This document shows, piece by piece, positions 15,653 through 26,500 of a stretch of 44,508 nt of DNA. The position numbers and the translations under genes were made by a program. Below the pieces are notes generated by a model. The model saw only the letters and a program-made list of their open reading frames with translations, had not been told where the DNA came from and ran no database searches. Source of the stretch: a virus (lineage: Duplodnaviria > Caudoviricetes); IMG/VR virus record IMGVR_UViG_3300036945_000596, positions 1-44,508 of that record, one strand, 5' to 3'. Position 1 is the first letter of the stretch. Every line of letters begins with the position of its first letter.

Positions 15653-16155
15653 TTTTTGGCCCAGTTGCGCGAGCCGAACCAGAACCCGATGATGCCACCG
15701 AGCATGGCCATCTCGTCAGAGCTGAAAATGATGTCGGCGTACTTGATCAGGTCGTCGACGTTTTGCACCAGGCCTGGGTGCATGAACAGGTAGGCGGTGA
15801 GCGCGGCGTTAATGGCCACCAGCTCGCCCACAAAGATGTAGGTCACGGTCGGGCGCACGGTGCCGACGTAGCTCGACACCCAGGTGGACGCCTTCTCGAG
15901 CACCGACTTGTCGTGGTCGTAGGCGGCCACGGTCATCTGCGCTTCGGTCTGCATGGCGATCTGGTCGGTGCGGATCTCCTCGACCTTGACCTGGGCAGCA
16001 AAGCCCTGCGCTGCGAGCGCGAGCTCACGCTCGGTCTGCACGGCGGCGAGTGCCAGCTCATGTTTTTGGTCGGCCCTGTTCTGGAAGAACTCCAGGAGCT
16101 TGGGCAGGCCGGAGATCAACAGACCTCCAAGAGTTGAGAACAGTGACAGCATCAA
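15649..16155 (-). CDS. Holin-like multi-pass membrane protein
   Basis: N-terminal hydrophobic segment, DQKHELAL, VRPTVTY, two further TMs, IIGFWFGSR; directly upstream of the lysin. Confidence 0.7.
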   Translation of the reverse strand: MMLSLFSTLGGLLISGLPKLLEFFQNRADQKHELALAAVQTERELALAAQGFAAQVKVEEIRTDQIAMQTEAQMTVAAYDHDKSVLEKASTWVSSYVGTVRPTVTYIFVGELVAINAALTAYLFMHPGLVQNVDDLIKYADIIFSSDEMAMLGGIIGFWFGSRNWAKK

Positions 16156-16769
16156 TTTCCCCTTTTGGTTAACATGGCGCTGGCGATCTCCAGCATGAAT
16201 TTTATTTGCTCAAGGTTCTGCGGCTGCTCTGCCCAGCCCACAGTGATCTGCCCGACAAAACGATGGCTGTCTGGCGGGACGCTGACTCGGCAGGTGAACC
16301 CCACACCCTTCTCGATGTACCAAAGCCCCACCTCAGACTGAGCGAAACGGTATTCCCCGCAGGGGGTGTCGTTGGTCATCAGTTTGATGACATCGGCGTT
16401 GTTGGCTGAGTTCTGACTGAACAGCCCCACATCGATGTCCTCGATGCTCTTGTCCCTGCCATCCTTGGTGTACGCCTTGTACAACACGCGACTGTTGAAC
16501 AAAGGGTTGACCTTGAAGATGGCGACCACTGTCGCGCCGGTCTTTTTGAACAGCATTCCACTGGCGTCATCTGCACGACCGGTGTTGATCTCTGGCAGCT
16601 TCTTGGACTCCTTGTAGGCGTCCCGCATGAACTCTTGGTTCTGCCACATGAAGTAACCAGCAAAAGCCACAATGCCCATGGTGAGGATGGCAAACAGCTT
16701 GAACGGCGAGTCCACATACCCGAGCACCTTGTCCAGGGTTGTGTTGGCGTTCAGCTTCTCGTCGCTCAT
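16152..16769 (-). CDS. Single-TM protein with large soluble C-terminal domain (T4 T/T5-holin-like topology)
   Basis: One N-terminal TM, then an alpha/beta domain (PCG...FTCRVSVPP....VGQITVGW) in the lysis cassette. Confidence 0.6.
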   Translation of the reverse strand: MSDEKLNANTTLDKVLGYVDSPFKLFAILTMGIVAFAGYFMWQNQEFMRDAYKESKKLPEINTGRADDASGMLFKKTGATVVAIFKVNPLFNSRVLYKAYTKDGRDKSIEDIDVGLFSQNSANNADVIKLMTNDTPCGEYRFAQSEVGLWYIEKGVGFTCRVSVPPDSHRFVGQITVGWAEQPQNLEQIKFMLEIASAMLTKRGN

Positions 16770-17212
16770 CGCAAATACTGCATGTACAAGACAATGCCGT
16801 AGATAAGCAGTGCAGCCAGCACAACGGTGGCCATGCCGATGACGATGTATTCGGTAATCCTTGCGGCGCGTTCTTTGCGTTTTAGAACTTCACGGGCGGC
16901 TGCTTCTTTGGCTTCCCTGCGCTTACGCGCCGCAGCGGCTTGGAACTTTACCCAGTCATCCCACATACCTGGGCGGCCGGCGTAGACCATGCGCTCGCGC
17001 AGTTCTTCTTCCTGCTGCTTGAGCTGCTCCAGCGCCATGAACTCTTCCATGTCGCTGCCGCCACCCTTTTTCGTGGCCTTCTCTTGGATCGATGCTTTGT
17101 TGTCAAAGTAATCAAACACCCGCGACCCGAGCTGGTGCAACTCCTTGCCGTTGGCCAGAGCACCTTTGATTACCGCGAACGCGGCATTGGCGGCGGCGAG
17201 TTCGGCCAGCAT
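16766..17212 (-). CDS. Hypothetical membrane-anchored coiled-coil protein
   Basis: MLAELAAANAAF...charged helices and C-terminal TM. Confidence 0.7.
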   Translation of the reverse strand: MLAELAAANAAFAVIKGALANGKELHQLGSRVFDYFDNKASIQEKATKKGGGSDMEEFMALEQLKQQEEELRERMVYAGRPGMWDDWVKFQAAAARKRREAKEAAAREVLKRKERAARITEYIVIGMATVVLAALLIYGIVLYMQYLR

Positions 17213-17215
17213 GGT

Positions 17216-17464
17216 TTACTTGAACCCGTGGTTCTTCAGGAAGTCGAGGAACACGTAGCCCAGCCCGATGACGGCGGACCAGACCAGGCCTGCAAGGGTC
17301 TTCTCGATCACGGCCTGGCGCAGCTTGATTGACTGCGCTTCCTTCTGGATTGCAAGTCGCACCCACTGCTGCTCTTCTTCGGTCAGGATCGGGGCGGGCT
17401 CTGACGCCTTGATGGCGGCCGCCACATCGGCGACGAATTGGGTGCGTTCTTCAGGCGTCATCAT
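17216..17464 (-). CDS. Small membrane protein at the head of the lysis cassette
   Basis: MMTPEERTQF...KLRQAVIEKTLAGLVWSAVIGLGYVF; follows a late promoter. Confidence 0.7.
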   Translation of the reverse strand: MMTPEERTQFVADVAAAIKASEPAPILTEEEQQWVRLAIQKEAQSIKLRQAVIEKTLAGLVWSAVIGLGYVFLDFLKNHGFK

Positions 17465-17496
17465 GGTCGGGGCTGTGAGTGGTTGAGCGTTGCCGC

Positions 17497-17528
17497 ATGG
17501 TAGTGGGCAGTGCTTGGGACACGGACAC
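17497..17528 (-). promoter_or_regulatory. Late promoter (lysis cassette)
   Basis: GTGTCCGTG-17 bp-TACCAT. Confidence 0.7.
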
Positions 17529-17535
17529 AGCAGGC

Positions 17536-17562
17536 AAAGAAAAGCCCGCACGAGGCGGGCCT
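17536..17562 (-). terminator. Rho-independent terminator after the tail fibre operon
   Basis: Minus strand GCCCGC-ctcgt-GCGGGC-TTTTCTTT. Confidence 0.75.
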
Positions 17563-17584
17563 TGAGGTGAGCGCTTTGCGCGCT

Positions 17585-17818
17585 TTACTGGGGCATCGCG
17601 GCCTTGATTGCGTCCGCATCAACGGCGGCGTCAATCGCAGCCTGCATCGCCGTGTACTTGTCGCGGATCGCCTGGCGTTGGGCCTCGGCTTCCTGCGCGG
17701 ATGCACCTGGGATCTGCTTGGCGATGATCTCGTCGAAGGGTTTGAACTCTTCAGCACGCGCAGCACGGCGCGCTTCGTGGGCGATGCCCTTGGCTTTGTC
17801 GACGTTGATGGTGATCAT
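17585..17818 (-). CDS. Tail fibre assembly/chaperone-like protein
   Basis: MITINVDKAK.IAH..RRAARA.EF.P.D...AEAQRQAIRD; downstream of the fibre gene. Confidence 0.7.
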   Translation of the reverse strand: MITINVDKAKGIAHEARRAARAEEFKPFDEIIAKQIPGASAQEAEAQRQAIRDKYTAMQAAIDAAVDADAIKAAMPQ

Positions 17819-18054
17819 GCTGTGTACTCCCAGGCTGCGCGGAACGTGCGATCTTCTGGGATGTCAGAGACATCCACGATCTTGAAGGGCTTGCCAGCAG
17901 GCACATCTTTGGCTGCGATCCACGCGATGAACTCGTCGTCGGTTTCGTCGCGGGTAACAGTTTCAGACTCCTGCACTTGGCGGCGAGCCTCTGGCGCAGG
18001 AATGATGACGGCAACGCCGCCATCGTCAGTGGGGTAAATGATGCGTTTGTTCAT
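17815..18054 (-). CDS. Tail fibre-associated small protein
   Basis: IIYPTDDGGVAVIIP...KDVPAGKPFKIVD..DIP.DRTFRAAW. Confidence 0.75.
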   Translation of the reverse strand: MNKRIIYPTDDGGVAVIIPAPEARRQVQESETVTRDETDDEFIAWIAAKDVPAGKPFKIVDVSDIPEDRTFRAAWEYTA

Positions 18055-18063
18055 GGTGTTCTT

Positions 18064-20442
18064 TCAGCGGAAGATGGACAGTGACACATACTTTGGGTCA
18101 AAAAAACCACCGGCTTCGGGACTACAAGAAAATCTAAACGCTGTTGTTGTCGGCGCTTGCTCCGTCAGTCCAGAAGAAAACATGTTGATCGCGGCAGCAT
18201 TGCCAACGCCATAGGAAGGTGAAATGCTGGCGTTGACTTCGTAATTCGCATCAGGCATCGCGGTTGTTAAGTTGACCGTGTAATCACCAGTGCCGTTGTC
18301 CGTGATGCTGGTGACGTTTCCACTCGCACGAATAGCTACAGTGCCAGTGCCGTTGAAGTTTACCCAGGCCCGGCATTTGTATTCGTTGTAGAGCGTGGTC
18401 CCACCGGGAATGACGGAGGACTGTTGGCCGTCCGTTGCAATCTTGAATGCATTTTTCCAAGTGACCGTGCCGCCAGATGTGACACCACTCGCCAGTTGCC
18501 AGATGTGGTTGTCCTCGTCCATGTAGTAACGAGTCATGCCCATGAAACTATTCTGAGCAATCCAGTTTGACCCGTTAAAGAACGCGCCGCGAACCATGCC
18601 GCCCTGATAGTTGGACAGGTGGTAAAAGTTCAGGAAGGAAACCTGCGCAGCTGTGTACGACCAAGCGCTGGGAACAATGCCAATCCCGATCCGACCAGCA
18701 GAGTCGATCTGAGCGCGTTCTACGCCGTTTGTGTAAAACTTCACAGGGTTTGCGCCGTATGCAAAAACAGCCAAACCGCCACCAGAACCGCCTGAAATCG
18801 GCGCATCGTCACCAACATAAAAAGAAGGCGATCCGGCTCTGTATCCGCGCAAAAACCCGCCTTGCGCAGTACCGTCAAGTGTTGAAGTTCTTACTTCACG
18901 GGTTGCTTGAGTAGCGTCACCAACCTGCAAAGCCACCCCTGGCGCACCCGGGGTATCCCAGGACAATGCACCACTGGACAGCTTCGCAGGCGTTACGGTT
19001 GCATCGCTCGGCACACCAACGGCCATCGGCTGCGTCCACACCACCTCGATGTTGTTTGTGCCCGATGGAGGCGCAGCGCTGAACGTCAGCGTCGTGCCGG
19101 CCAGCGAGTAAATGTTTTTCTGCTGGTACACACCGCCCACAAACACGTAGGTGTTGTTCACCGAACCAGGGCTGCCGGACAACGTGAACGCTGTGGTCGA
19201 TCCGTTGCCAGTGAAGCGATCCACCACGACGTTGGTCGAGCCCAAACCGCTGGTCACGGCCAGCCATTGACTCGTCTCAAAGTCAGCGACAAACGTGGTG
19301 CTGGTGTATTGAGAGCCGATCGTGGCGCTGGTCGTGCCGTTGATCGTGTCGCTGCCAGAGCGCGCGATGGTGACCTGGTTGGTGTCGCCGGTCCACTTCA
19401 CAATGGCGACCTTGAAGCCGTCCACCTGCGTGCTAATCAAGGGCAGCGTGATCGTCACTGCGCCACCGGTCGTGGTAACGCGGATCAGATCGCCAGCGTC
19501 GCCAGCCACCACGGTGTAGTTGGCGCTCTTGTCCTGCACGGCCGAGTACATACCCGAGGCGACAGATGCCGCCGCAGCTGCGGCAGATGCGGCAGCAGCA
19601 GCAGCCTGGCTGGGCGCAGCGATGATCGCGGCCATGTTGCTGGCCGCGCTGTTCACGGAGGCGATGTTCGCCGACACGGTGTCGATGTCTGCGCCGTTGG
19701 CAGCCACCGCGTTGATGTTGGTGGCATTGCCAGCGACAGCAGTGATGTTTGAGGAATTACCTGCCACCGCATTGATGTTGGTCGCATTGCCGGCCACGCT
19801 CGTCACGTTCGCAGAGATCCCAGCCACCGTGTTCACGTTGGCGATGTTGCTGCCGACGGCGTTCACGTTGGTGATCGCGCCGGCCACGGTGTTGATCTCA
19901 GACACCGGCTCGTTCAGGTCGTCGGCCACCGTGATGATGTCAGCGATGTTGGCGGCGACGATGTCCAGGTTGTCGGCGCTGTCGGCGATGCGCTGCAGGT
20001 CGTCGACCAATGCCTCGGCCGACTCGGAGCTGGTGGTCGGCAGCTTTGCAGCGCGGTCGATTTCCTCTTTGAGCTGCTGGATCTGCATCGTGGTGCGGTC
20101 CAGCTGGTTCTCGAGCGCGAGCGGGCTGAAGTTGCCACCGCTGGGGATGTCCAGGCCCTGGTCGTAATCGAGGTCGCCCACGATCGCAAGCACGCTGCCC
20201 ACTGGCAAAGGGCTTCCGCTGATCGGGTACGTCACCGTGCCGCCGGGGCTGGTTTCCTGGTTGGAGTTCAGCGCGACGGTAAAGTCGGTGCCGAGCGCCA
20301 GCACGGTCTCAGCGCCGGTGCTGTCGGCGATCGTGACGGCGACGTCACTGGCCGCAAACACTTTGAACGTGAAAGGCCAAGCGGTCTGGGAGCCGGTGCC
20401 GAGAAGCGGCCCGGCCTTGCGGGCGGTGTTTGGGATGGTCAT
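18064..20442 (-). CDS. Tail fibre protein
   Basis: T7 gp17-like N-terminal anchor (FTFKVF...LENQLDR.TMQIQQL), 10-aa repeat shaft, beta domains, C-terminal RAWVNFNG...NVTSITDNGTGDYTVN. Confidence 0.9.
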   Translation of the reverse strand: MTIPNTARKAGPLLGTGSQTAWPFTFKVFAASDVAVTIADSTGAETVLALGTDFTVALNSNQETSPGGTVTYPISGSPLPVGSVLAIVGDLDYDQGLDIPSGGNFSPLALENQLDRTTMQIQQLKEEIDRAAKLPTTSSESAEALVDDLQRIADSADNLDIVAANIADIITVADDLNEPVSEINTVAGAITNVNAVGSNIANVNTVAGISANVTSVAGNATNINAVAGNSSNITAVAGNATNINAVAANGADIDTVSANIASVNSAASNMAAIIAAPSQAAAAAASAAAAAASVASGMYSAVQDKSANYTVVAGDAGDLIRVTTTGGAVTITLPLISTQVDGFKVAIVKWTGDTNQVTIARSGSDTINGTTSATIGSQYTSTTFVADFETSQWLAVTSGLGSTNVVVDRFTGNGSTTAFTLSGSPGSVNNTYVFVGGVYQQKNIYSLAGTTLTFSAAPPSGTNNIEVVWTQPMAVGVPSDATVTPAKLSSGALSWDTPGAPGVALQVGDATQATREVRTSTLDGTAQGGFLRGYRAGSPSFYVGDDAPISGGSGGGLAVFAYGANPVKFYTNGVERAQIDSAGRIGIGIVPSAWSYTAAQVSFLNFYHLSNYQGGMVRGAFFNGSNWIAQNSFMGMTRYYMDEDNHIWQLASGVTSGGTVTWKNAFKIATDGQQSSVIPGGTTLYNEYKCRAWVNFNGTGTVAIRASGNVTSITDNGTGDYTVNLTTAMPDANYEVNASISPSYGVGNAAAINMFSSGLTEQAPTTTAFRFSCSPEAGGFFDPKYVSLSIFR
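19627..19896 (-). repeat. About nine 10-aa repeats (INxVAGNxxN) in the fibre shaft
   Basis: INTVAGAITN VNAVGSNIAN VNTVAGISAN VTSVAGNATN INAVAGNSSN ITAVAGNATN INAVAANGAD... Confidence 0.8.
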
Positions 20443-20469
20443 TGCGCGGGGCTCCTGCGATTACCGGGG

Positions 20470-20501
20470 ATGGTAGGTGCAGGGGCCCCGCTCATGGACA
20501 C
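20470..20501 (-). promoter_or_regulatory. Late promoter (tail fibre operon)
   Basis: GTGTCCATG-17 bp-TACCAT. Confidence 0.7.
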
Positions 20502-20502
20502 A

Positions 20503-23500
20503 TCAGCGCTGCTTGCTCTCGGGGCTGGCGGTGCCGGTCACCAGGCCTCGAGCCAGATCCACGGGGCCTGTCGGCTCGATGCTGCCGCCGGCCATGCCGG
20601 CCAGGTAGCCGATAGGTCGGGCGACACCGTAGATCGGCAAGCCGGTGATCATCGTTGCAGCAGCTGCCACATCGCGCACAGCCTTCTGCTTGTTGCCGTC
20701 CTCGACGATCGCCTTGTACACGCTCGAGGGTGCGCTAACGGTTGACTCGATCAGACTGATCGCAGGCGACAGCGAGAACTTGTCGTCGGCCGGGTTGTCG
20801 TTGAACCGGTTGATCACGAGCTGAGCAGCCTGGCCCACGATCGGAATCTGGGCGGTGAGGCCTCGCAGCGTTCCCAGGCCGAACACGGCCAGCAGCCAGT
20901 CGTCCAGCCAGCCGTCTTTGTCCTCGTCCTCGGGGCCGCCACGGAAGACCTGGGCGATCGCTTCGGCCACCCAGATCGGGGCGAGCAAACCGGCGATGGC
21001 CACATACAGCACCTTGCCTGCGCCCTTCCTCAAGCCCACCTCGTCGGCGATCTGCTTGACGGCGGTCGCGTTGGTGTTGGCCATCATGTTGAAGTAGCTC
21101 ACGAACTGCGTGAACAGTCGTGCGTACCCTGGACCAGACTCGAACCGGCTGATGTCCTCCGGCAGTGTGGTGCCCTGGGTCTGGCGGATCACGCCGTCTG
21201 CAAAGCGCACGGCGTCGTTGTGCTCCATCTTCTGCTCGATCGCCTGGTTGTAGGCGGCCGTCCAGATGATCGGGCTCATGGTGTTGTCGACGGCGGACTG
21301 CATGAAATACGCATGGCGCTGGGTCCAGGCCTGGCCGCGCTCGAGCAGTGTCGGGTCGATCAAGATCTCCTCGATCGCGTCGTTCATCGCCCCGACCTCA
21401 TTGAGCATGCGGTCCTTCATGTAGGGCGAGCTGTCGGCGACGGTGGTCTTCATCGCCTTGGGGTCGGCCATGAACCGGGCGGTGGCGCTCATGATCAAAC
21501 CAGGTTTGACCTTGACGCCAGCCATGGTGAAGCCGGTGATCTGCTGCACGGTGTTCGACAGGTTGGCGAACATCAGCGCCATGCCCGCACGCGAGCGCGC
21601 AGCGGACAGGAAGCGCGACAGCTTGCGGTCGCCGACCACCGGGGTCTCGACCACCTGGCGCGCCGAGCGGTTCAACCAGGGGATCAGCATGCCCTCGTAG
21701 GCACCGGGGTCGATGCGGTCCAGGGCGTAGCTCACGCGCTTATTGGTCAGCAGGCGGCGCACGTCGGTGACCGCACCCTGCATGTGCGAGAACAGCAGCA
21801 CCTTGTCCATGTGCTGGCCAAGCGCGCGCAGGTCCAGCAGCAGGGGCTGGTTGTACTCGACGCGGGACTTGGTGAAGCCCGACGGCGCAGCCGGGAAGGC
21901 GTAGGCCATCGACTCGTTCTCGCCCTCGGCCAGCTCGCGCAGCTTGGCGTCTTTGACCAGGCGGCTGTCGGTCTGGGCGGGCAGATAGCCGCCGCGCCAC
22001 ACGTTGCCGAACGGGTCGACGAACTCGTTGGCGGTGACCTCGGCGAAGTAGCGGCCAAACACCTTGCGGTGGGTCTCTTGCGCCAGGGGCTTCATTTCCT
22101 CGAGCAGATCCCACACGCCCTGGGCAAACTGGAAGTGCGCCGGGTTGAGCGTGCCCTCGCTGGCCAGGCGCTGGATGAAGTTGTCCCACTTGGTGGTGTC
22201 GAGGTTGCCCTCGGCGTCCTGCGTGGCCCAGCCCCGACCGAGCAAGAGCTTGCGCTTGTTGCTGTCGTTGCCGGTGTGCAGGATCGCGTGCAGCAGTTCA
22301 GCAGCGCCCGAGTCGCGGGCGTTGCCGAACGTGTAGCCGAGCTCGGGGGCCTCAACCGGACCTGCGGGCAGGTACGGGGCGACGTTCTTTAGCAGCTCGG
22401 TAAACTTCTTGCGGTAGGCCACCTTGTCGGTGCGGTAGCGGTCGGCGGCGTCCTTGACGGGCTGGAACACCAGGCGCAGGAACGGGCCGCCGAACTTGCC
22501 GTCCAGGCGCTCGGACCACTGCTCGACGCGGGACAGGATCGCCTTGGCAAACTGCAGCTTGATGCCGCGCTCTTGGCTGTCGGTGATCGCGCCCTTCTCG
22601 CCGGGGATCGTGTCGGGGATACCGATCTCGCCCATGCGCTCGACCAGCTGGTCGGCGGCCTCCTCGATGTCGATCATGTTGCCGTCGACTTCCATCTGGC
22701 GGCTGGACTTGGCCAGCGACCACATGGCGCGCAGCTCGTCGTTCAAGCCGCGCAGCTCCTCCATGGTCATCTCGCCCAGGGGCTTGGCGTTCAGCAGCGC
22801 GCCCTGCACGCTCGGCTGCAGCGCGGCGTACATGACCGGGTCGTTCTTGGCCACGGTCTCCATGTAGGCGAGCGCAGTCTTCTCGAGCCGGGGGGCGACG
22901 TCGTACGCGCCCAGGATGGCGCGCATCGCGTTGACCACGTCAGGATCACGGCCACGCTCGACGACTTTCTCGTCGTTGCCCTTGGTCACGCGCTTGAAGA
23001 ACTCGAGGATCTTCTTCACCTCGAGCTGGGCGTCCTGCAGTGCCTTGACGGCTGCGTTGTTGAGCACCTGGTCGCGCTTGGCCTGCACGGCCTCCTCGGT
23101 CTTACCCTTGGATGTGGCGTCCTGCCAGGCCTTGCCTGCGCGGGCCTCGGCACTGCGGTGCTGCCAGGCGGCGTTCTTCAGGTCCTTGATCCGGCGGCGC
23201 GCGGCCAGGTTGGCAGCGAACTGCTTGGCTGCGTTGGTGATCGCGTTGACGGTGATGGCGCGGCCGTTGCTGGCGGTGCGGCCAGTGTCCTGGCGCGGGT
23301 TCAGCATCTCGGCCTGGCTCTTGAGCTCGGTGGCCAGGCTGCGGGCGCGGGCCTCGTTGTGCACCGCCTCGTTGGCGGCGGCCTCCAGGGCCTCGGGCGT
23401 GGCGAGCTCGCCGTGGCGCTCGAGCATGCGCTGGTCGGTCATGCCTTCGATCACAGAGCCGATCGGCTCCGCGTCGAGGATGGCGCGCACCAGCTTGTCG

Positions 23501-26500
23501 CCCGACTCGAAGCCGAACATGTCGGCCACCATGTCAGGGTGCAGGCCTTCCTTGCCGGTCATGCCACGCAGGCCGGTGAGGTCTGGGCGTGCCAGCATGG
23601 TCTCGGGGTACATCTCGGCCAGGGCCGTCGTCAGTAGGCGGTAGCCCTTCTCTGCTTTCACGACGTCGCCGGTGGCGGGGTCTGTGGTCTCGCCCTTCTT
23701 GAGCCAGTTCATGGCCTTGTAGAGCGGTTGCTGCTCGACCTCGGCGCGCACCTCGGCCTCGACCTCTTTGCGCAGCGTCTTGGCCTCTTTCTCCAGGGCC
23801 TTGAGCACTTTGCCACGGGCGCGCACGGTCCACTTCAGGTCGCGCAGCGAGCGCGCCTGCAAGGCCTCGATCGCCTCGTTGGTGGCGTCGAAGTCGGGCA
23901 TCATGCCGGCCGCCTCTTCGGCCTGGGCGATCTGCTCGTCGGTGGCGATCAGGCGACCGAACACCTGGCGCACTTCGTCGTTGACCTTCAGGTTGCGCTG
24001 GCGCATGAACTCGGTCAGCGACTTGTAGACGTTGACCATCCAGGAGCGGAAGCGCCGGAACAGCGGCTGCAGCTCGGGGCTGGGGGCCTTGCCCTCGAAC
24101 AGGTACTGCTCGAAGGACTCGGCCCAGCGCTCGTGGTAGGGGCGCTTCTCGTCCAGGGTGTAGTTGTTCCAGGTGGCCAGGTCCGGCACGCCGAACCACT
24201 TGAGCGTGGCGGCCATGTCGTCCTTGATCTGCTGGGGCGCGTTGCCCTGGCTGGCCAGGTCGGCCATCACCTCAAGGAAGAAGTGCCCGCTCTCGTGCAG
24301 GAACGTCGACAGGTCGGCGTTCTCGTTCAGGGTCAGCAGCAGCTGGCTGGGGCTGAACGTGCCACGGGGGCCTTGCTGGTAGATGTTGGGGTTGGCCGGG
24401 TTGAACGCGCCGAAGTTCTCGACCGACTTGATCTGTGTCGGGTCGAGCACGACAAACACGTCGGAGGGCTCGCTCGCGTAGGTGCTGTTGCCCCCGCCAT
24501 CGTCGATCACGTTGCGGATGACAGTGCCGTCGTTGCCGCTGTTGCGCGCTTCGCGCACGGCGTCGTCGGTGGTCTCCCAGTGGTCCGCCGCTCCTTCAAC
24601 AGAAGCGCCCTTCTTGCCGGAAATGAGCGCTTGCGCCTCTTCGTAGTCGTCGAAGTACGCACGGCCGTCTTCGGAGTAAATCGTTTCGCCGTTGGCGTCG
24701 ATGGCACTGTACTGGCCAGGGCGCTCGCCGTTCCACAGCGCGCCCTCAAAATCCGTCTCGTAAGGGTTGCGGATGTTGACGAACACGGGGTACAGGCCGG
24801 ACACGCGGTCGGCGTTTTCACCGGTCTGGTCGCGGGCGATGTCTTTGGCGCGGCCGCGCTTGACGTAGCTCGCAGCCATGGCGCGGTTGGGTGTCGTGAA
24901 GATGCCCAGGTCGCCACGCTTGGTGCCGCCAGGGGCGTTGAACTCGGTGAACCCGCCAGCGTCGGTGCCGTGGTAGACCACCAGGGGCTCGCCGTTTTCG
25001 TCGACAGCTTTGGACACCGAGTTGGTGGTGTCATTCCACACGCCGCCTTGCATGCCTGCGAAGGCTTCCCAGTCACCGAACCAGGCCTTGAACTCAGGCG
25101 TGCGGACTAGGGCGTAGAGCTCGGGGGTGAGGTTGCTAGGCTGGCCGTTGGGGGCCAGCAGCGGGCCGTCCTGGTTTAGGACGCCGTCGTTTTGCCCAGC
25201 ACTTCCTGTGCTATCGCCAGGTCCTCGTTGTCCTCGTTGAACTCCTGCTGCGCCGACAGCGGCCTGAAGCTCGGCGTCGACGGCTGCACTGGCGGCGGCG
25301 ATGTCGGCGTCGGAGATGCCTTGGCTGCGGGCGAGCTTGGCTGCTGCGTTTGCATAGTCGGGAGCTTCGTCGTCTTCGTAGCCATCGGTTGCCTCATCGG
25401 ATGTTTTTGCGGCATCGTACAGGCGCTTCTCAGGATACCAGAGCAGCGCTTGCAGATCCGACATTGTAAGTGCTGGATATGTTTTTTGGAGTTCGGCCAA
25501 TACCTGGCCAAACACCTTGCGGATGTTGCCCCGCTCAGGCGGGCCAGACGGGGCTTCTTTTTGCCCGTCCAGGTATTTTGTTAAAGCGTTGCCCGCCTTG
25601 CGCAGCTCGTCACCGACCGAGACGCGCTCCTGGCCTTTCTTGGGCTCGCCCAGCAGCTCGGTAAAGCGCGCCTGCACTGTCTCGTCAGCGACACCAATGA
25701 CGGCCATGGCCTCGCGGTTTACTGGTTTCTGCGACGCCTTCCAGATGGCCTGGCCCACCGCGTCGACATCGCCGACGGTGAGCTTGCGCTTGATGATCGC
25801 CTCGAACGCCTTTTTGTCGGCGGGTGTCAGCGACTGGATCAAGCCCTTGAGCAGCGTGCGCTTGGCCTTGACCTGCTCGGGGTTGGTCTCGACCAGGGTG
25901 CCGGTCCAGCGACCCCAGGTGCGCATCAGCCAGCGGTCCATGGTGAGCTGCTCGAAACGCCCGTACAGGTTCATGAAGAACCCGTTGCCGATCTTGGGGC
26001 CCAGGGCGGCTGCGCCGTAGACCTGCGTGGTCAGGTTCTCGCCGCTGACTTTCATGCCGGTGAAGGCTTCGACCTCCTTGACCGTCTGGGTCGTGGTCAT
26101 GAACCGTTCGACCACTTCAAACCCGTGCTTGTCGATCAGGGTGTTGTACAGCTGCAGCGTCTTGTTGATCGCCTTGGCGGCCGTGCCGATACCGATGTCA
26201 GTGGGCATCCGCCCGGCGATCTTGTATTGCTGGTAAGCGGCTTCTGCCAGCTCGAAGTTCTTGTCGACCTTGAGACCGTTGGAGGTCACGGCCATCGCCC
26301 ACACGAACGCGAACTTGGCCTGCGGGTCGGTGGCGATCTCGGGGTGGATCAGGGACACCAGGCGCAGCGCCTTGGTCACTTTCTCGTTGTACCAGCCGAC
26401 GGCGTTGGCGTTGGTGCGCAGCGCAGTCAGGCCGTCGGCCAGGGCGACGCGCACCAGGTACTGCTCGGTGCCTTGGCTGAACTCGTCGAGCTTGACCTTG

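Noticed and set aside
14277-20442. BPP-1-type diversity-generating retroelement near the tail fibre
   Set aside because: No reverse transcriptase or Avd-like ORF, and no TR/VR repeat pair differing at adenines was seen.
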